From: a virus
Lineage: Duplodnaviria; Caudoviricetes
DNA: 64,000 bases
IMG/VR virus record: IMGVR_UViG_3300043447_000395
Span: 1-64,000 of that record
Reading direction: 5' to 3' (one strand)
Under the pieces are notes generated by a model. That model did not search any database. It had not been told where the DNA came from and saw nothing but the letters and a program-made list of their open reading frames with translations. The first letter of the stretch is position 1. Every line of letters begins with the position of its first letter. Shown one piece after another: positions 9,417-18,597 of the stretch. Position numbers and translations under genes: made by a program.

Positions 9417-10037
9417 ATGAAGATAAGTTACGCAATAACAGTTTGCAACGAATTGGAGGAGATAAAGAAATTAGTTCCGTTCATTCTGAAATACAAGAGA
9501 CCGATTGATGAAATTGTAATTTTATATGACGAGAAAAATGGTAATAAGGATGTATTAGATTTCTTATTACCATTCAATAAATTACCGAATGTACAAACAT
9601 GGAGGTGTTTTGATTGGAATAATAACTTTGCCGATTGGAAAAATATATTAAACGGTTATTGTACGGGTGATTACATTTATCAAATTGATGCAGATGAAAT
9701 GATTAGTCAATACATGGTTGAAAATTTACACCTCATCCTCGAAATGAATCCCAATGTTGATTTAATTTTTGTTCCGAGAATTAATACAGTAAATGGTTTA
9801 ACTCAAGAACATATTGATAAGTGGAGATGGTCTGTGAATGAAAAGGGATGGGTTAATTTTCCTGATAGACAAGGTAGAATTTATAAGAAACATCTCAAAT
9901 GGTATAGTAGAGTTCACGAAAGAATAATCGGAGGTAGTAAATTTGCATCACTCCCTAATGATGAAGAATATTGTATTCAACATCATAAAGAAATTGAACG
10001 ACAAGAACGTCAAAATAATTTTTACAATAGTATATGA
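9417..10037 (+). CDS. GT2 glycosyltransferase
   Basis: ISYAITVCNE, YIYQIDADE, VPRIN, VHERI. Confidence 0.9.
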   Translation: MKISYAITVCNELEEIKKLVPFILKYKRPIDEIVILYDEKNGNKDVLDFLLPFNKLPNVQTWRCFDWNNNFADWKNILNGYCTGDYIYQIDADEMISQYMVENLHLILEMNPNVDLIFVPRINTVNGLTQEHIDKWRWSVNEKGWVNFPDRQGRIYKKHLKWYSRVHERIIGGSKFASLPNDEEYCIQHHKEIERQERQNNFYNSI

Positions 10038-11152
10038 ATATAAGTTTTGTATTAGCGGTTTATAATAGATTGGAATTAACAAAAGAATGTTACACAAGAT
10101 TACGTAACATATATCCCGAAGCACCATTTGTTATTAGTAGTGGTGGATCTGACGATGGAACAAAAGAATGGTTACAGTCTTTAGATGATGATTTTTTATC
10201 TTACATTCATGATGATGATAGATTAACCTTCTCAGATAACTACAACTCAGGAATCAAATTGGTTGATACTGAAAAATTAGTTTTAATCCACAATGACATG
10301 ATTATTGGTGAAGGATTTTTAGAATCGATTGAGAGATTGTTGGAACCTGATATGTTATTGTCATATACCACTATTGAACCTCCGATATTTGCAGGTCATA
10401 AAAGACCAGGTAAAGTTCTTATGGATTTAGGGACTACGTTTGTTGATTTCGATGATTATAATTTTAATAACTATGTTCAACAACATAAGAACGGTAACAA
10501 CTTGTATTCGGGCGCAGTGTTCTTTATGAGTGGTTATAAGAAGATGTTCGAAGAGGTTGGAATGTTCGATGGTTATAGTTTCTTTCCGTGTTTCTCAGAA
10601 GACGACGACTTTCTACTTCGAGCAAAATTAAAAGGTTATAGATTAATGACTTGTGATTCTGCAATTACATATCACTTTGTTTCTCAAACATCGAGATTCA
10701 GTAATGATATGAAAGACAGAAGACTTTTGATTGAGATGAATTCGAATAGAAACTTTATTAGGAAGTGGGGAATACCTATGAAATCATTTCAAGAAATTAG
10801 ATATTGGGAGGATCAAGAATTTAAGTACAACACATTTAACATGGGTTTAGTTACTCGAAATAAAAATAGATTGATTCAGGTTGAACCATTCTTTGATAAA
10901 ATTGAAATTGGTGAAATACCTGAGGACTATATCAGTAGTGAACAATCTAATACGAATTACGATTTAAGAAGTAAGTTCACGTTTATTGATACGTGTGATG
11001 TGTTAATTTACGAGATTAAGGAATTTACCGACCAAGACATCTATACACTATTCACATTAAGATTATCAATACCACAATACGAACCAGGTGAGTATGAAAT
11101 GGGTAATATGAAAATTGTTATTAAAAAGGATTTTCAGACTCCGAAGGCGTAG
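10034..11152 (+). CDS. GT2 glycosyltransferase
   Basis: FVLAVYN, GSDDGTKEWL, HNDM, EDDDFLLR, YHFVSQTSR. Confidence 0.9.
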   Translation: MNISFVLAVYNRLELTKECYTRLRNIYPEAPFVISSGGSDDGTKEWLQSLDDDFLSYIHDDDRLTFSDNYNSGIKLVDTEKLVLIHNDMIIGEGFLESIERLLEPDMLLSYTTIEPPIFAGHKRPGKVLMDLGTTFVDFDDYNFNNYVQQHKNGNNLYSGAVFFMSGYKKMFEEVGMFDGYSFFPCFSEDDDFLLRAKLKGYRLMTCDSAITYHFVSQTSRFSNDMKDRRLLIEMNSNRNFIRKWGIPMKSFQEIRYWEDQEFKYNTFNMGLVTRNKNRLIQVEPFFDKIEIGEIPEDYISSEQSNTNYDLRSKFTFIDTCDVLIYEIKEFTDQDIYTLFTLRLSIPQYEPGEYEMGNMKIVIKKDFQTPKA

Positions 11153-11775
11153 TTTCCAATATGTTTAATGTCTTTACTTAACACAGTATCGATATAAACA
11201 TCATAACCCAATTTTCTTAGTTTAGCTAATAGATTAAAGTCTTCTCCATACCAATCTTGACTATCTTCTTTAAAGGTAAATTCGAAGTAAGGTTTTGTCA
11301 ATGCGGCAAACACATTTGTTTTCATTAACATACAACCCATACCAACACCTTCGACTTTAATGAGTCCGTCTACCTTATCTAACGGAACCCACGATTCCCA
11401 ATCCGTTACGTCCGTATATGCAACCGTTTTATCTCCTTTGGTACGTTTCATATAGTTACATGCTATGATGTCCTTATTGTGTTCTAAAAGACGTAATGCG
11501 GTGGTTGATGGGAACATCATATCACTATCTAACCATAGTACATAATCGGCCCTTACTTCTTTAGCTTTTTCAATTAATTTCTCTCTTTGATTTAAAAGAA
11601 TAGTACTCGAATCGAAGAACAAATAAGTGTCTATACCTATTTCAGAAGTTGTCTTCATTAGTTGAGCCAAACAATATGAAAAGTGTGAATGTACCATGTC
11701 TCTAGTTGGTACTAATATTGCTAATTTACAAGTCTTTCCGTCCCAAATGGAACTGTTATAGAATGATTTACTCAT
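11134..11775 (-). CDS. GT-A fold glycosyltransferase (GT2-like)
   Basis: ILVPTRD, VLWLDSDMMF (DxD), GVGMGCML, GEDF, KHIG. Confidence 0.8.
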   Translation of the reverse strand: MSKSFYNSSIWDGKTCKLAILVPTRDMVHSHFSYCLAQLMKTTSEIGIDTYLFFDSSTILLNQREKLIEKAKEVRADYVLWLDSDMMFPSTTALRLLEHNKDIIACNYMKRTKGDKTVAYTDVTDWESWVPLDKVDGLIKVEGVGMGCMLMKTNVFAALTKPYFEFTFKEDSQDWYGEDFNLLAKLRKLGYDVYIDTVLSKDIKHIGNYAFGV

Positions 11776-12218
11776 AGTCCTGGTATTTCGTTTGAAATGA
11801 TTTCTGATTGATGTGTGACCTCCCTACCTAATTTGACCATCTCCTCAATTCGTTTCATAACTAATTGATAGTCTTTGATGGGTAGGTTACTGATTATTGT
11901 GAATGTACCTCTTGAAAAGGTATTGGTTAGTAATATGTCTATTGCAGCAATTCTTGCCCATTTTTCAATGAGTGCCCATCTTGATATTGCTTCGTCATTA
12001 TTTAGGATACCTTTTAAAGTATCCTCATTATATTGACCGTATATTTCTAATAAGATTTTTAATTCTTCTCTTTTAGATTTCGAGAAGATAGATGTGATTT
12101 TTAACCACTTAATACGTTTAACGAATTGGATTAGTTTCTCTTTGTCGAAACCAATACCATTCCATTTGATGTAATATAACTCGTATTTACTTGGAAAATT
12201 TTTATAATTAATATCCAT
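11772..12218 (-). CDS. hypothetical protein
   Basis: 148-aa helical ORF behind a promoter-like motif. Confidence 0.65.
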   Translation of the reverse strand: MDINYKNFPSKYELYYIKWNGIGFDKEKLIQFVKRIKWLKITSIFSKSKREELKILLEIYGQYNEDTLKGILNNDEAISRWALIEKWARIAAIDILLTNTFSRGTFTIISNLPIKDYQLVMKRIEEMVKLGREVTHQSEIISNEIPGL

Positions 12219-12229
12219 AATATGATATT

Positions 12230-12258
12230 AATATAAGTAAAAAAATTGAAAATGTAAA
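12230..12258 (-). promoter_or_regulatory. sigma70-like promoter TTTACA-N17-TATATT
   Basis: read directly upstream of 12218. Confidence 0.45.
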
Positions 12259-12259
12259 A

Positions 12260-12484
12260 TTAATATGTGAATGAAGATGACATACCACCGAATGTTGATG
12301 ATTCTAACGTGGTACCTGAAGCGGCAATATTCGAATTTTGTGCTACTGAACCTGATAATTTAGAACGGTTAACACCTAAAGTTGAGTTTAAACCAACGTT
12401 TGTTGTTGCCAATCCCATTGCTCCCGCAATTCTACCCATACTTATTTCAGATCCTGTTGCTGGTATAACACTAACTAAAGCCAT
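12260..12484 (-). CDS. small fibre-associated/structural protein
   Basis: MALVSVIPATGSEISMGRI N-terminus typical of small proteins following S74 tail fibres; Gly/Ser-rich; GTATTTATA upstream. Confidence 0.55.
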   Translation of the reverse strand: MALVSVIPATGSEISMGRIAGAMGLATTNVGLNSTLGVNRSKLSGSVAQNSNIAASGTTLESSTFGGMSSSFTY

Positions 12485-12512
12485 TTTTATTTAAATTATA
12501 TTTTTATAAATA

Positions 12513-12542
12513 CCCACCATATCTTTTTATCAACATGGTGGG
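12513..12542 (-). terminator. hairpin/terminator after the tail fibre gene
   Basis: CCCACCAT ... ATGGTGGG inverted repeat, followed on minus strand by TATTT. Confidence 0.5.
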
Positions 12543-12554
12543 ATTTTATATTAC

Positions 12555-15170
12555 TTATTTTATTTTAGCCTCAAGTGCCTCAACTCTTGCTAATAATTCT
12601 TTATTCGTTTGGATTAATAATGCTACTAATTTTTCATATTTAACAGCTTTATAACCATTGTCTCTTGTTGTTACAACTTCAGGTAAAACTTTTTCAATTT
12701 CTTGTGCTATAACCCCAATGTCATGCCCTTCATTTTCATGAATACCTTCCATCGGAATCCAATCAAAATAGTAACCGTTTACTTGTTTTAATATATCTAA
12801 AGAATTCGGTATTGTCAATACATTTTCCTTTAATCTTTCGTCAGATGAGAAATAAGCCACAACGTCGTTAGTCGCTCTGATAAGACCCGCTGTTGGACCT
12901 GCAGCCGTTCCAACACCTAAAGCGTTGAATTGAACGTTTGACGATGTTGCAACCGCTTGACCGATTGAGAAGGTTACTGCTCCTGTTCCAGCACTTACAG
13001 ATACACCCGTACCAGCAACTGCTGATGTAACACCCGCATTGGTTAATGTTACTGATGAACCTAAAGCAACTGCTCCACCACCGCTCATACCAGTTCCTGC
13101 GGTTACAGTAACTGATGAGTTAGTTAATGAACTATTTGCAATATTACTTAATGTGTTAGAAGCTCCACTAATTGTTTTATTTGTTAATGTTTGATTCGCA
13201 CTAATTAAATCTATTTCAATTTCACTACCTAATGGACCCGCAATCCATCTATCGGTTGTTGTGTTCCATAATAACGAACCCGAAACAAGTGTTGATGCGG
13301 TAGCGTCTCTTACAACTAAACCACCATTTGCTGCACCTGTACCATTAAGTTGGATTATATTATCAGATATATTAACTGTGGTTGAATTGACAGTAGTTGT
13401 TGTACCATTAACGGTTAAGTTTCCTCCAATTGTAACAGTTGTACCGTCATCAGTTATTGATGAGTTACCTACTGTTGATGCTGATGTAAATTTAACTAAT
13501 GTATTGTTAGTACCTGAAACACTTACTGAAGTTCCTGAAGAACCTGAACTACCACTAGTTCCTGAAGATCCACTTGATCCGTTAGAACCTGATGAACCGG
13601 ATGTTCCTGAAGATCCACTTGATCCGTTAGAACCTGATGAACCACTAGTTCCTGAAGAACCACTAGATCCTGAAGTACCAGCAGTTCCACTTGACCCACT
13701 TGATCCGTTAGAACCAGAAGAACCAGATGTTCCTGAAGAACCACTAGAACCTGAAGTACCAGCTGTTCCACTTGATCCGCTAGAACCTGAAGTACCAGCT
13801 GTTCCACTTGATCCGCTAGAACCTGAAGTACCAGCTGTTCCACTTGATCCACTAGAACCTGATGTTCCTGATGAACCACTAGAACCTGAAGTACCTGACG
13901 TTGCTGCTGCGTATGATGTTCCGTTTATATTTAAACTTGTTACTTTTAATGAACCTGTAACTTCTGTATTTGTACTAATTCTAACAGTTGTACCATCGTC
14001 AGTAATATTACTATCACCAAGATGTTCTTGACCTAAAGATTTTATTACTTTATTAAGTGTTGGTAAAGTCTCACCACCTAAGTTATTATATGTTTGAGCA
14101 CCTACTAAGACTACAGATGATGTTACAGTTGATTGATTTGTGTGAACGTAAACAAACTGATTGTTTAGTGAATCAAATAACATTGAACCTGAAACACTCG
14201 GTGATGAACCACTATCAATTACCGATAAACCCGCAAATCTTACTGATGGGGACGATGCGTTTACTGTTATTATATTGTCAGCAACTCTTAATTGTGATGC
14301 CGTTGTGTAAGTTATTGATGAAGAACCTAAAACTGTTAAGTTTTGAGTAATTGTCAATGAACCTGTAATTTGTTGACTACCGTTTACTTTTAATGTTGAC
14401 CCATCAAATGTTAAATTAGCTTCCGCAGTTGCATTTGGTGCTGAACCATTTAATGTTAATAACGCATTATCTGTTGTTCCCGCAATTGTAACAGTTCCCG
14501 ATGAACCTGATGTTCCAGCAGTACCTGAACTACCTGATGAACCACTTGTACCAGCGGTTCCTGAAGAACCTGATGTTCCACTTGATCCACTTGAACCAGA
14601 TGTTCCACTTGAACCACTAGAACCTGAAGATCCACTTGTTCCTGATGAACCACTAGAACCTGAAGTACCAGCAGTTCCACTAGAACCACTTGATCCGTTA
14701 GAACCTGAAGATCCACTTGTTCCTGATGAACCACTAGAACCTGAAGTACCAGCAGTTCCACTAGAACCTGAACTTCCTGCAGTTCCCGAACTTCCAGATG
14801 TACCTGAAGTTTGTGAAGTGTACGATTGTCCGTTTAATTTTAAATCCCCTAAGATATTTACGGAACCAGTAAAATTATGGTAATCTAATGAATCGTTACC
14901 AAAAGTATTTGAACCACTCAATGTAGATTCTGTTACATAATAAACAGATGAACTTACAATGTATTGTTGAGCGGTTAAATCACCTCTAACAACTACGTTC
15001 CCATTTACTGTTTGGTTTCCGTAGAAGGTGTTGGAACCCGTTGTGGCTCCTCCACCAACAGAACCTTCGATGTTGGCTCTTAATGTGCCGGTTACTGTTA
15101 AATCTCCTGTTATTCTTGCGGAACCTGATACTATCAGGGAACCGGTTACGACTGGATCAAATATGTTCAT
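12555..15170 (-). CDS. tail fibre protein with Gly-Ser/Thr repeats and C-terminal S74 intramolecular chaperone
   Basis: C-terminal SSDERLKENV...IGVIAQEIEKVLPEVV...YKAVKYEKLVALLI plus coiled coil; beta-rich fibre modules; two (GSS/GTS)n tracts. Confidence 0.9.
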   Translation of the reverse strand: MNIFDPVVTGSLIVSGSARITGDLTVTGTLRANIEGSVGGGATTGSNTFYGNQTVNGNVVVRGDLTAQQYIVSSSVYYVTESTLSGSNTFGNDSLDYHNFTGSVNILGDLKLNGQSYTSQTSGTSGSSGTAGSSGSSGTAGTSGSSGSSGTSGSSGSNGSSGSSGTAGTSGSSGSSGTSGSSGSSGSSGTSGSSGSSGTSGSSGTAGTSGSSGSSGTAGTSGSSGTVTIAGTTDNALLTLNGSAPNATAEANLTFDGSTLKVNGSQQITGSLTITQNLTVLGSSSITYTTASQLRVADNIITVNASSPSVRFAGLSVIDSGSSPSVSGSMLFDSLNNQFVYVHTNQSTVTSSVVLVGAQTYNNLGGETLPTLNKVIKSLGQEHLGDSNITDDGTTVRISTNTEVTGSLKVTSLNINGTSYAAATSGTSGSSGSSGTSGSSGSSGTAGTSGSSGSSGTAGTSGSSGSSGTAGTSGSSGSSGTSGSSGSNGSSGSSGTAGTSGSSGSSGTSGSSGSNGSSGSSGTSGSSGSNGSSGSSGTSGSSGSSGTSVSVSGTNNTLVKFTSASTVGNSSITDDGTTVTIGGNLTVNGTTTTVNSTTVNISDNIIQLNGTGAANGGLVVRDATASTLVSGSLLWNTTTDRWIAGPLGSEIEIDLISANQTLTNKTISGASNTLSNIANSSLTNSSVTVTAGTGMSGGGAVALGSSVTLTNAGVTSAVAGTGVSVSAGTGAVTFSIGQAVATSSNVQFNALGVGTAAGPTAGLIRATNDVVAYFSSDERLKENVLTIPNSLDILKQVNGYYFDWIPMEGIHENEGHDIGVIAQEIEKVLPEVVTTRDNGYKAVKYEKLVALLIQTNKELLARVEALEAKIK
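13527..13901 (-). repeat. Gly-X-Y (GSS/GTS/GTA/GSN) coding repeat incl. three tandem 36-nt units at 13744-13851
   Basis: CTAGAACCTGAAGTACCAGCTGTTCCACTTGATCCG x3 on + strand (last base differs in copy 3). Confidence 0.9.
14496..14810 (-). repeat. Gly-X-Y Ser/Thr-rich coding repeat
   Basis: SGTSGSSGTAGSSG... tract in translation; 9-nt periodic DNA. Confidence 0.9.
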
Positions 15171-15230
15171 ATCTTATAAAGTATTATACTTACATAAATA
15201 CTACAAGAAATTTATTTTGACCAAAAAAAA

Positions 15231-17366
15231 TCAAAATAATAATAAATTAATTTGATTTATAACATTTTCACTTGTTATATTTTTACTACATTCAAATTGT
15301 CTATCGGTTCCCTTATGTTCAGGACACCAATTCCAGTCGCCAGCATCAAACTTATGTTTAGACCAACACCCATGACAAACATCCTTATTTATTATACGAA
15401 TGACACCACCTTCTAATGGTTCTAAATCAACATCGGTAAATCCAGATATGATTACGGTTGGTATATTACATGCCCAAGACAACCAACTTAATCCACTACT
15501 AATTCCAATAAAGAATTCAGATTCTTGTAATAACTCAATCAAATCGTTTAAACTACCTTTTGGATTTCTAACAACTCCTTTAGGTTGGAAGTTACCCATA
15601 TACCCGTCTTCTTCGGCAGAAATCAATCTAACTTCATAACCTTTGTCAATTAAATAATCAACAACTTCCTGCCAACCTGTCGGATTGTTCCAATATTTAG
15701 CTTGAGATGTGGAGTGAATAGCAATACAAACCCTTTTTTGTTTTTTCTTACTAATCTTTTTTAATTTTGGTTTTCTTTCCACATAATCTAACCCCAAAAT
15801 ATCAGAAGCCACCTTTAATAATGGTTCTTTCATTGGGTTGGTCGGATGATATGACATATCAATGTGACGATTTGGACCATCTCCTTTATAGAATATACCT
15901 AATCTGTAGAGTGCGGTAATTCCCGTGACGTTACTTCCTGGTTCTACAAATTGAATATCGGGATATTGAGCCTTAAACAGATGGTTATGGAACGTTGAAC
16001 AAACAACCTGAGCTTCCTTATCAATTTTAAACTTCTCAACATAAGGCATAAAAGCCAACGTATCTCCTAAGGACTTACTTTCAAAACTAATTAGAATTTT
16101 ATTTCCTTTCGGTTGGATTAAATGTTCTAAGTAGAAATCATTATCAATTCCTTTTATTATTATTTTCCAATCAACATAATATTTTATAGAACATTTAGTC
16201 CAATGATTACTCTTCAAATCCAATTCATACATTACCTTATTGTTTAAGGTGTCTATAAATTGAACGTGGTATAACGAATCAACCGATTCTTTAATTTCTA
16301 CGAATGGTCCGTCAATGTTATGTATATTTATTTTTCTGTCTGAAACTTGATTTGTAAAATTTACACTATTCTTTCTTCTAAACTCACCAATATTATCTTT
16401 TAGGTATTCATTAAAAATTTCAACACCTTGGTAATATATTTTAACTCTATCTCCTTTCCTATATGTTCCAATCTTTTCTAATGAATATTGTCCTTTGATT
16501 ATATTATAGAATGATTTATGTTTACCATAGTTTACTTCAACCAAATAATCACTATCTGCTGGTTTTTCGTGGAAACCTGAAATAAAATGAACATAAAGGT
16601 TTTTATTAATGTCGGCGACTAAATAAATTTGGAATCTTGCACCATTTCTATCCATACCATCTCTATTCCACACTGCTTGTGTATTTAGTTCATTGTTATT
16701 TGCAATGTACTTTGAGATTTCAATGTTATTTGTTACCTCTTTTAGATGTTGTAGGAACACTCTTTCTAACTGCCAACCTTTTGGTCTGTTAGTAAAATAT
16801 TCTCTCTTCGATTTAACTTTATCAATTACTTGAACTGCAACGTCGGTTTTAATTGAGAAGATAAATGTTGCACAATATTCTGCAAAGTGAGTATCTTTTG
16901 ACGAACCTTCATTGTATTCGTACAATACGGCGTCATGATTTCTACTATATTCTAAGAAAGCTTGTCTATATTGTGTTGGGTCGGGTAAGTTATCATACTC
17001 AAAGAAGTGAATATATTTTTTTCCTAATGTCTTTGCGAAATTAAACGCATTTCTCATAGTACACCAAATGGCGTAATCATGATGAAACTCCATCTTATTA
17101 TCCGTTCTCCAATTTCCAATACTTGTCCATCGTCCACTTGAAACTCCGTAAGCCTCAAACTCATGTTCCATTAATAAATCATTATTCTTATCGAAAAGAT
17201 AGTAATCAACCATCTTTTGTATTTCAGGTTTGACCGCATAATGACCTGTAAGTAAGATTGGAATGTTAAACTCTTTTAAAATTTTAATTAAACCAATTAA
17301 ATCGTTTTCTTTACTTTTAGTGTCTGTCCAACAATCTATAATAAAAATATCGTCGTCAAAAATCAT
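15231..17366 (-). CDS. TibC/Aah-like protein O-heptosyltransferase (GT-B) fused to an N-terminal uncharacterised domain
   Basis: SKSLGDTLAFMPYVEKF, QAKYWNNPTGWQEVV, FIGISSGLSWLSW, ISGFT and iron-finger CHGCW...WCPEH...QFECSK as in autotransporter heptosyltransferases. Confidence 0.85.
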   Translation of the reverse strand: MIFDDDIFIIDCWTDTKSKENDLIGLIKILKEFNIPILLTGHYAVKPEIQKMVDYYLFDKNNDLLMEHEFEAYGVSSGRWTSIGNWRTDNKMEFHHDYAIWCTMRNAFNFAKTLGKKYIHFFEYDNLPDPTQYRQAFLEYSRNHDAVLYEYNEGSSKDTHFAEYCATFIFSIKTDVAVQVIDKVKSKREYFTNRPKGWQLERVFLQHLKEVTNNIEISKYIANNNELNTQAVWNRDGMDRNGARFQIYLVADINKNLYVHFISGFHEKPADSDYLVEVNYGKHKSFYNIIKGQYSLEKIGTYRKGDRVKIYYQGVEIFNEYLKDNIGEFRRKNSVNFTNQVSDRKINIHNIDGPFVEIKESVDSLYHVQFIDTLNNKVMYELDLKSNHWTKCSIKYYVDWKIIIKGIDNDFYLEHLIQPKGNKILISFESKSLGDTLAFMPYVEKFKIDKEAQVVCSTFHNHLFKAQYPDIQFVEPGSNVTGITALYRLGIFYKGDGPNRHIDMSYHPTNPMKEPLLKVASDILGLDYVERKPKLKKISKKKQKRVCIAIHSTSQAKYWNNPTGWQEVVDYLIDKGYEVRLISAEEDGYMGNFQPKGVVRNPKGSLNDLIELLQESEFFIGISSGLSWLSWACNIPTVIISGFTDVDLEPLEGGVIRIINKDVCHGCWSKHKFDAGDWNWCPEHKGTDRQFECSKNITSENVINQINLLLF

Positions 17367-17935
17367 ATATTGTATTTTAAATAATCCTTACCATTTTTTA
17401 TTCCTGTAAAATATAAATCACAACTTTCAGAGTTGTAACCAAATACACCATCAGGGAATGTACTTTTAAATCCATCGATAATCATTACATCTTCCGCCAC
17501 TAAATTTTTATAATAATCAGCCCATTCATCTTTCTCCATCAGTAGAGGTGCGGCCCAACTACCATCACTCTTTCTTGTTCCGTGTTCGGCCCTTCCCGTA
17601 GATGCACAAGTAAAAAGAAACATTCCACCAGATTTTAACATTCTCATCACATTTGTGATTGTTTTCTCATAATGCATGTCATGTTCAAATACTTCGGTCG
17701 ATATGATTGTGTCGAAGTGGTTGTCAGGACCCTCAAATTCGTGTCCAACACAAACCAAATCAACGTTACGACCTTCACCCACATCGATACCCAAATAATC
17801 GCAATCTTCAAACAAATAACGATTTGAACCATTGATGTCTAATGACCCGATGTCTAAGACTTTTTTATTTTTAAAATATTGTGGGTATTTTTCTTTAACC
17901 GATTCACAATATTTTATCTGATTTAAATGTGCCAT
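17363..17935 (-). CDS. class I SAM-dependent methyltransferase
   Basis: VLDIGSLDING, FDTIISTEVFEHD, MLKSGG. Confidence 0.88.
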   Translation of the reverse strand: MAHLNQIKYCESVKEKYPQYFKNKKVLDIGSLDINGSNRYLFEDCDYLGIDVGEGRNVDLVCVGHEFEGPDNHFDTIISTEVFEHDMHYEKTITNVMRMLKSGGMFLFTCASTGRAEHGTRKSDGSWAAPLLMEKDEWADYYKNLVAEDVMIIDGFKSTFPDGVFGYNSESCDLYFTGIKNGKDYLKYNI

Positions 17936-18597
17936 TATCTTTTTGTTACTATTATAATTCCATTTAGGAAATTTATGGATTCAATGTCCGTTCTACAATC
18001 TGGTTGAACTTTGTTTGAGTATGGTATTAGTTTATCTTCTCGTCTGTCCCAAACCGCATCTATATCATCTAAATTCTCAATACCTCTAAAATTTATATCA
18101 TCGGATAATTTCTTGAAATATTCTACCATACTCCTTGGGTCATTTAATCCTCCACCAAACCAAGGAAAATATGAAGTAGCAACATCTTCAATTACATAAA
18201 CGCCTCCTGATTTAACTGAACCAAATAAATGTTCGAACGAATAGATTACGTGTTCGTTCATATGTGAACCATCATCTAAAATCATATCGAATGGTCCATA
18301 CTGTTGCCAAGTTCTTGATAAAAAGGCACCATCATCCTGTGAACCAATTTCAACCGATATTCTTGGTTCTTCATATTTTTTACAATCGGGATTAATATCG
18401 ATACCTAATATGGTAGACCTATAGAAGTATTCTTTCCACGTTAATAATGACTTACCATCCAATACACCGATTTCAAGTATATTCAGTTTATCGTATCTTT
18501 CAAAGGGTAGGTATTTTGCATACTTATCACAATAATTGTGTGTTTCAGAACTTTTATCCGTTCCGTATTTTTTTGCTAAATCATTTAATGTACTCAT
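17935..18597 (-). CDS. sugar O-methyltransferase-like (MycE/TylE-type) SAM methyltransferase
   Basis: YGTDK, ILEIGV, GIDI, GSQDD, ILDDGSH, GGVYVIED. Confidence 0.85.
   Translation of the reverse strand: MSTLNDLAKKYGTDKSSETHNYCDKYAKYLPFERYDKLNILEIGVLDGKSLLTWKEYFYRSTILGIDINPDCKKYEEPRISVEIGSQDDGAFLSRTWQQYGPFDMILDDGSHMNEHVIYSFEHLFGSVKSGGVYVIEDVATSYFPWFGGGLNDPRSMVEYFKKLSDDINFRGIENLDDIDAVWDRREDKLIPYSNKVQPDCRTDIESINFLNGIIIVTKR

Noticed and set aside
9296-9508. Small Cys-containing ORF (MRCERH...WCWRCEE, from 9326)
   Set aside because: Overlaps the GT2 gene by ~90 nt; the 5' part may be real but cannot be supported from sequence alone
13261-14761. Long alternative-frame/antisense ORFs (VPEEPLDP..., VLVVHQEQ...) over the first fibre gene
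   Set aside because: Shadows of the stop-poor GSS/GTS repeat; the minus-strand frame with the S74 chaperone is the real gene
13527-14810. CRISPR array or DGR template/variable repeat
   Set aside because: Repeats are 9-nt-periodic coding sequence without unique spacers; no cas or reverse transcriptase, and no adenine-specific mismatch pair seen
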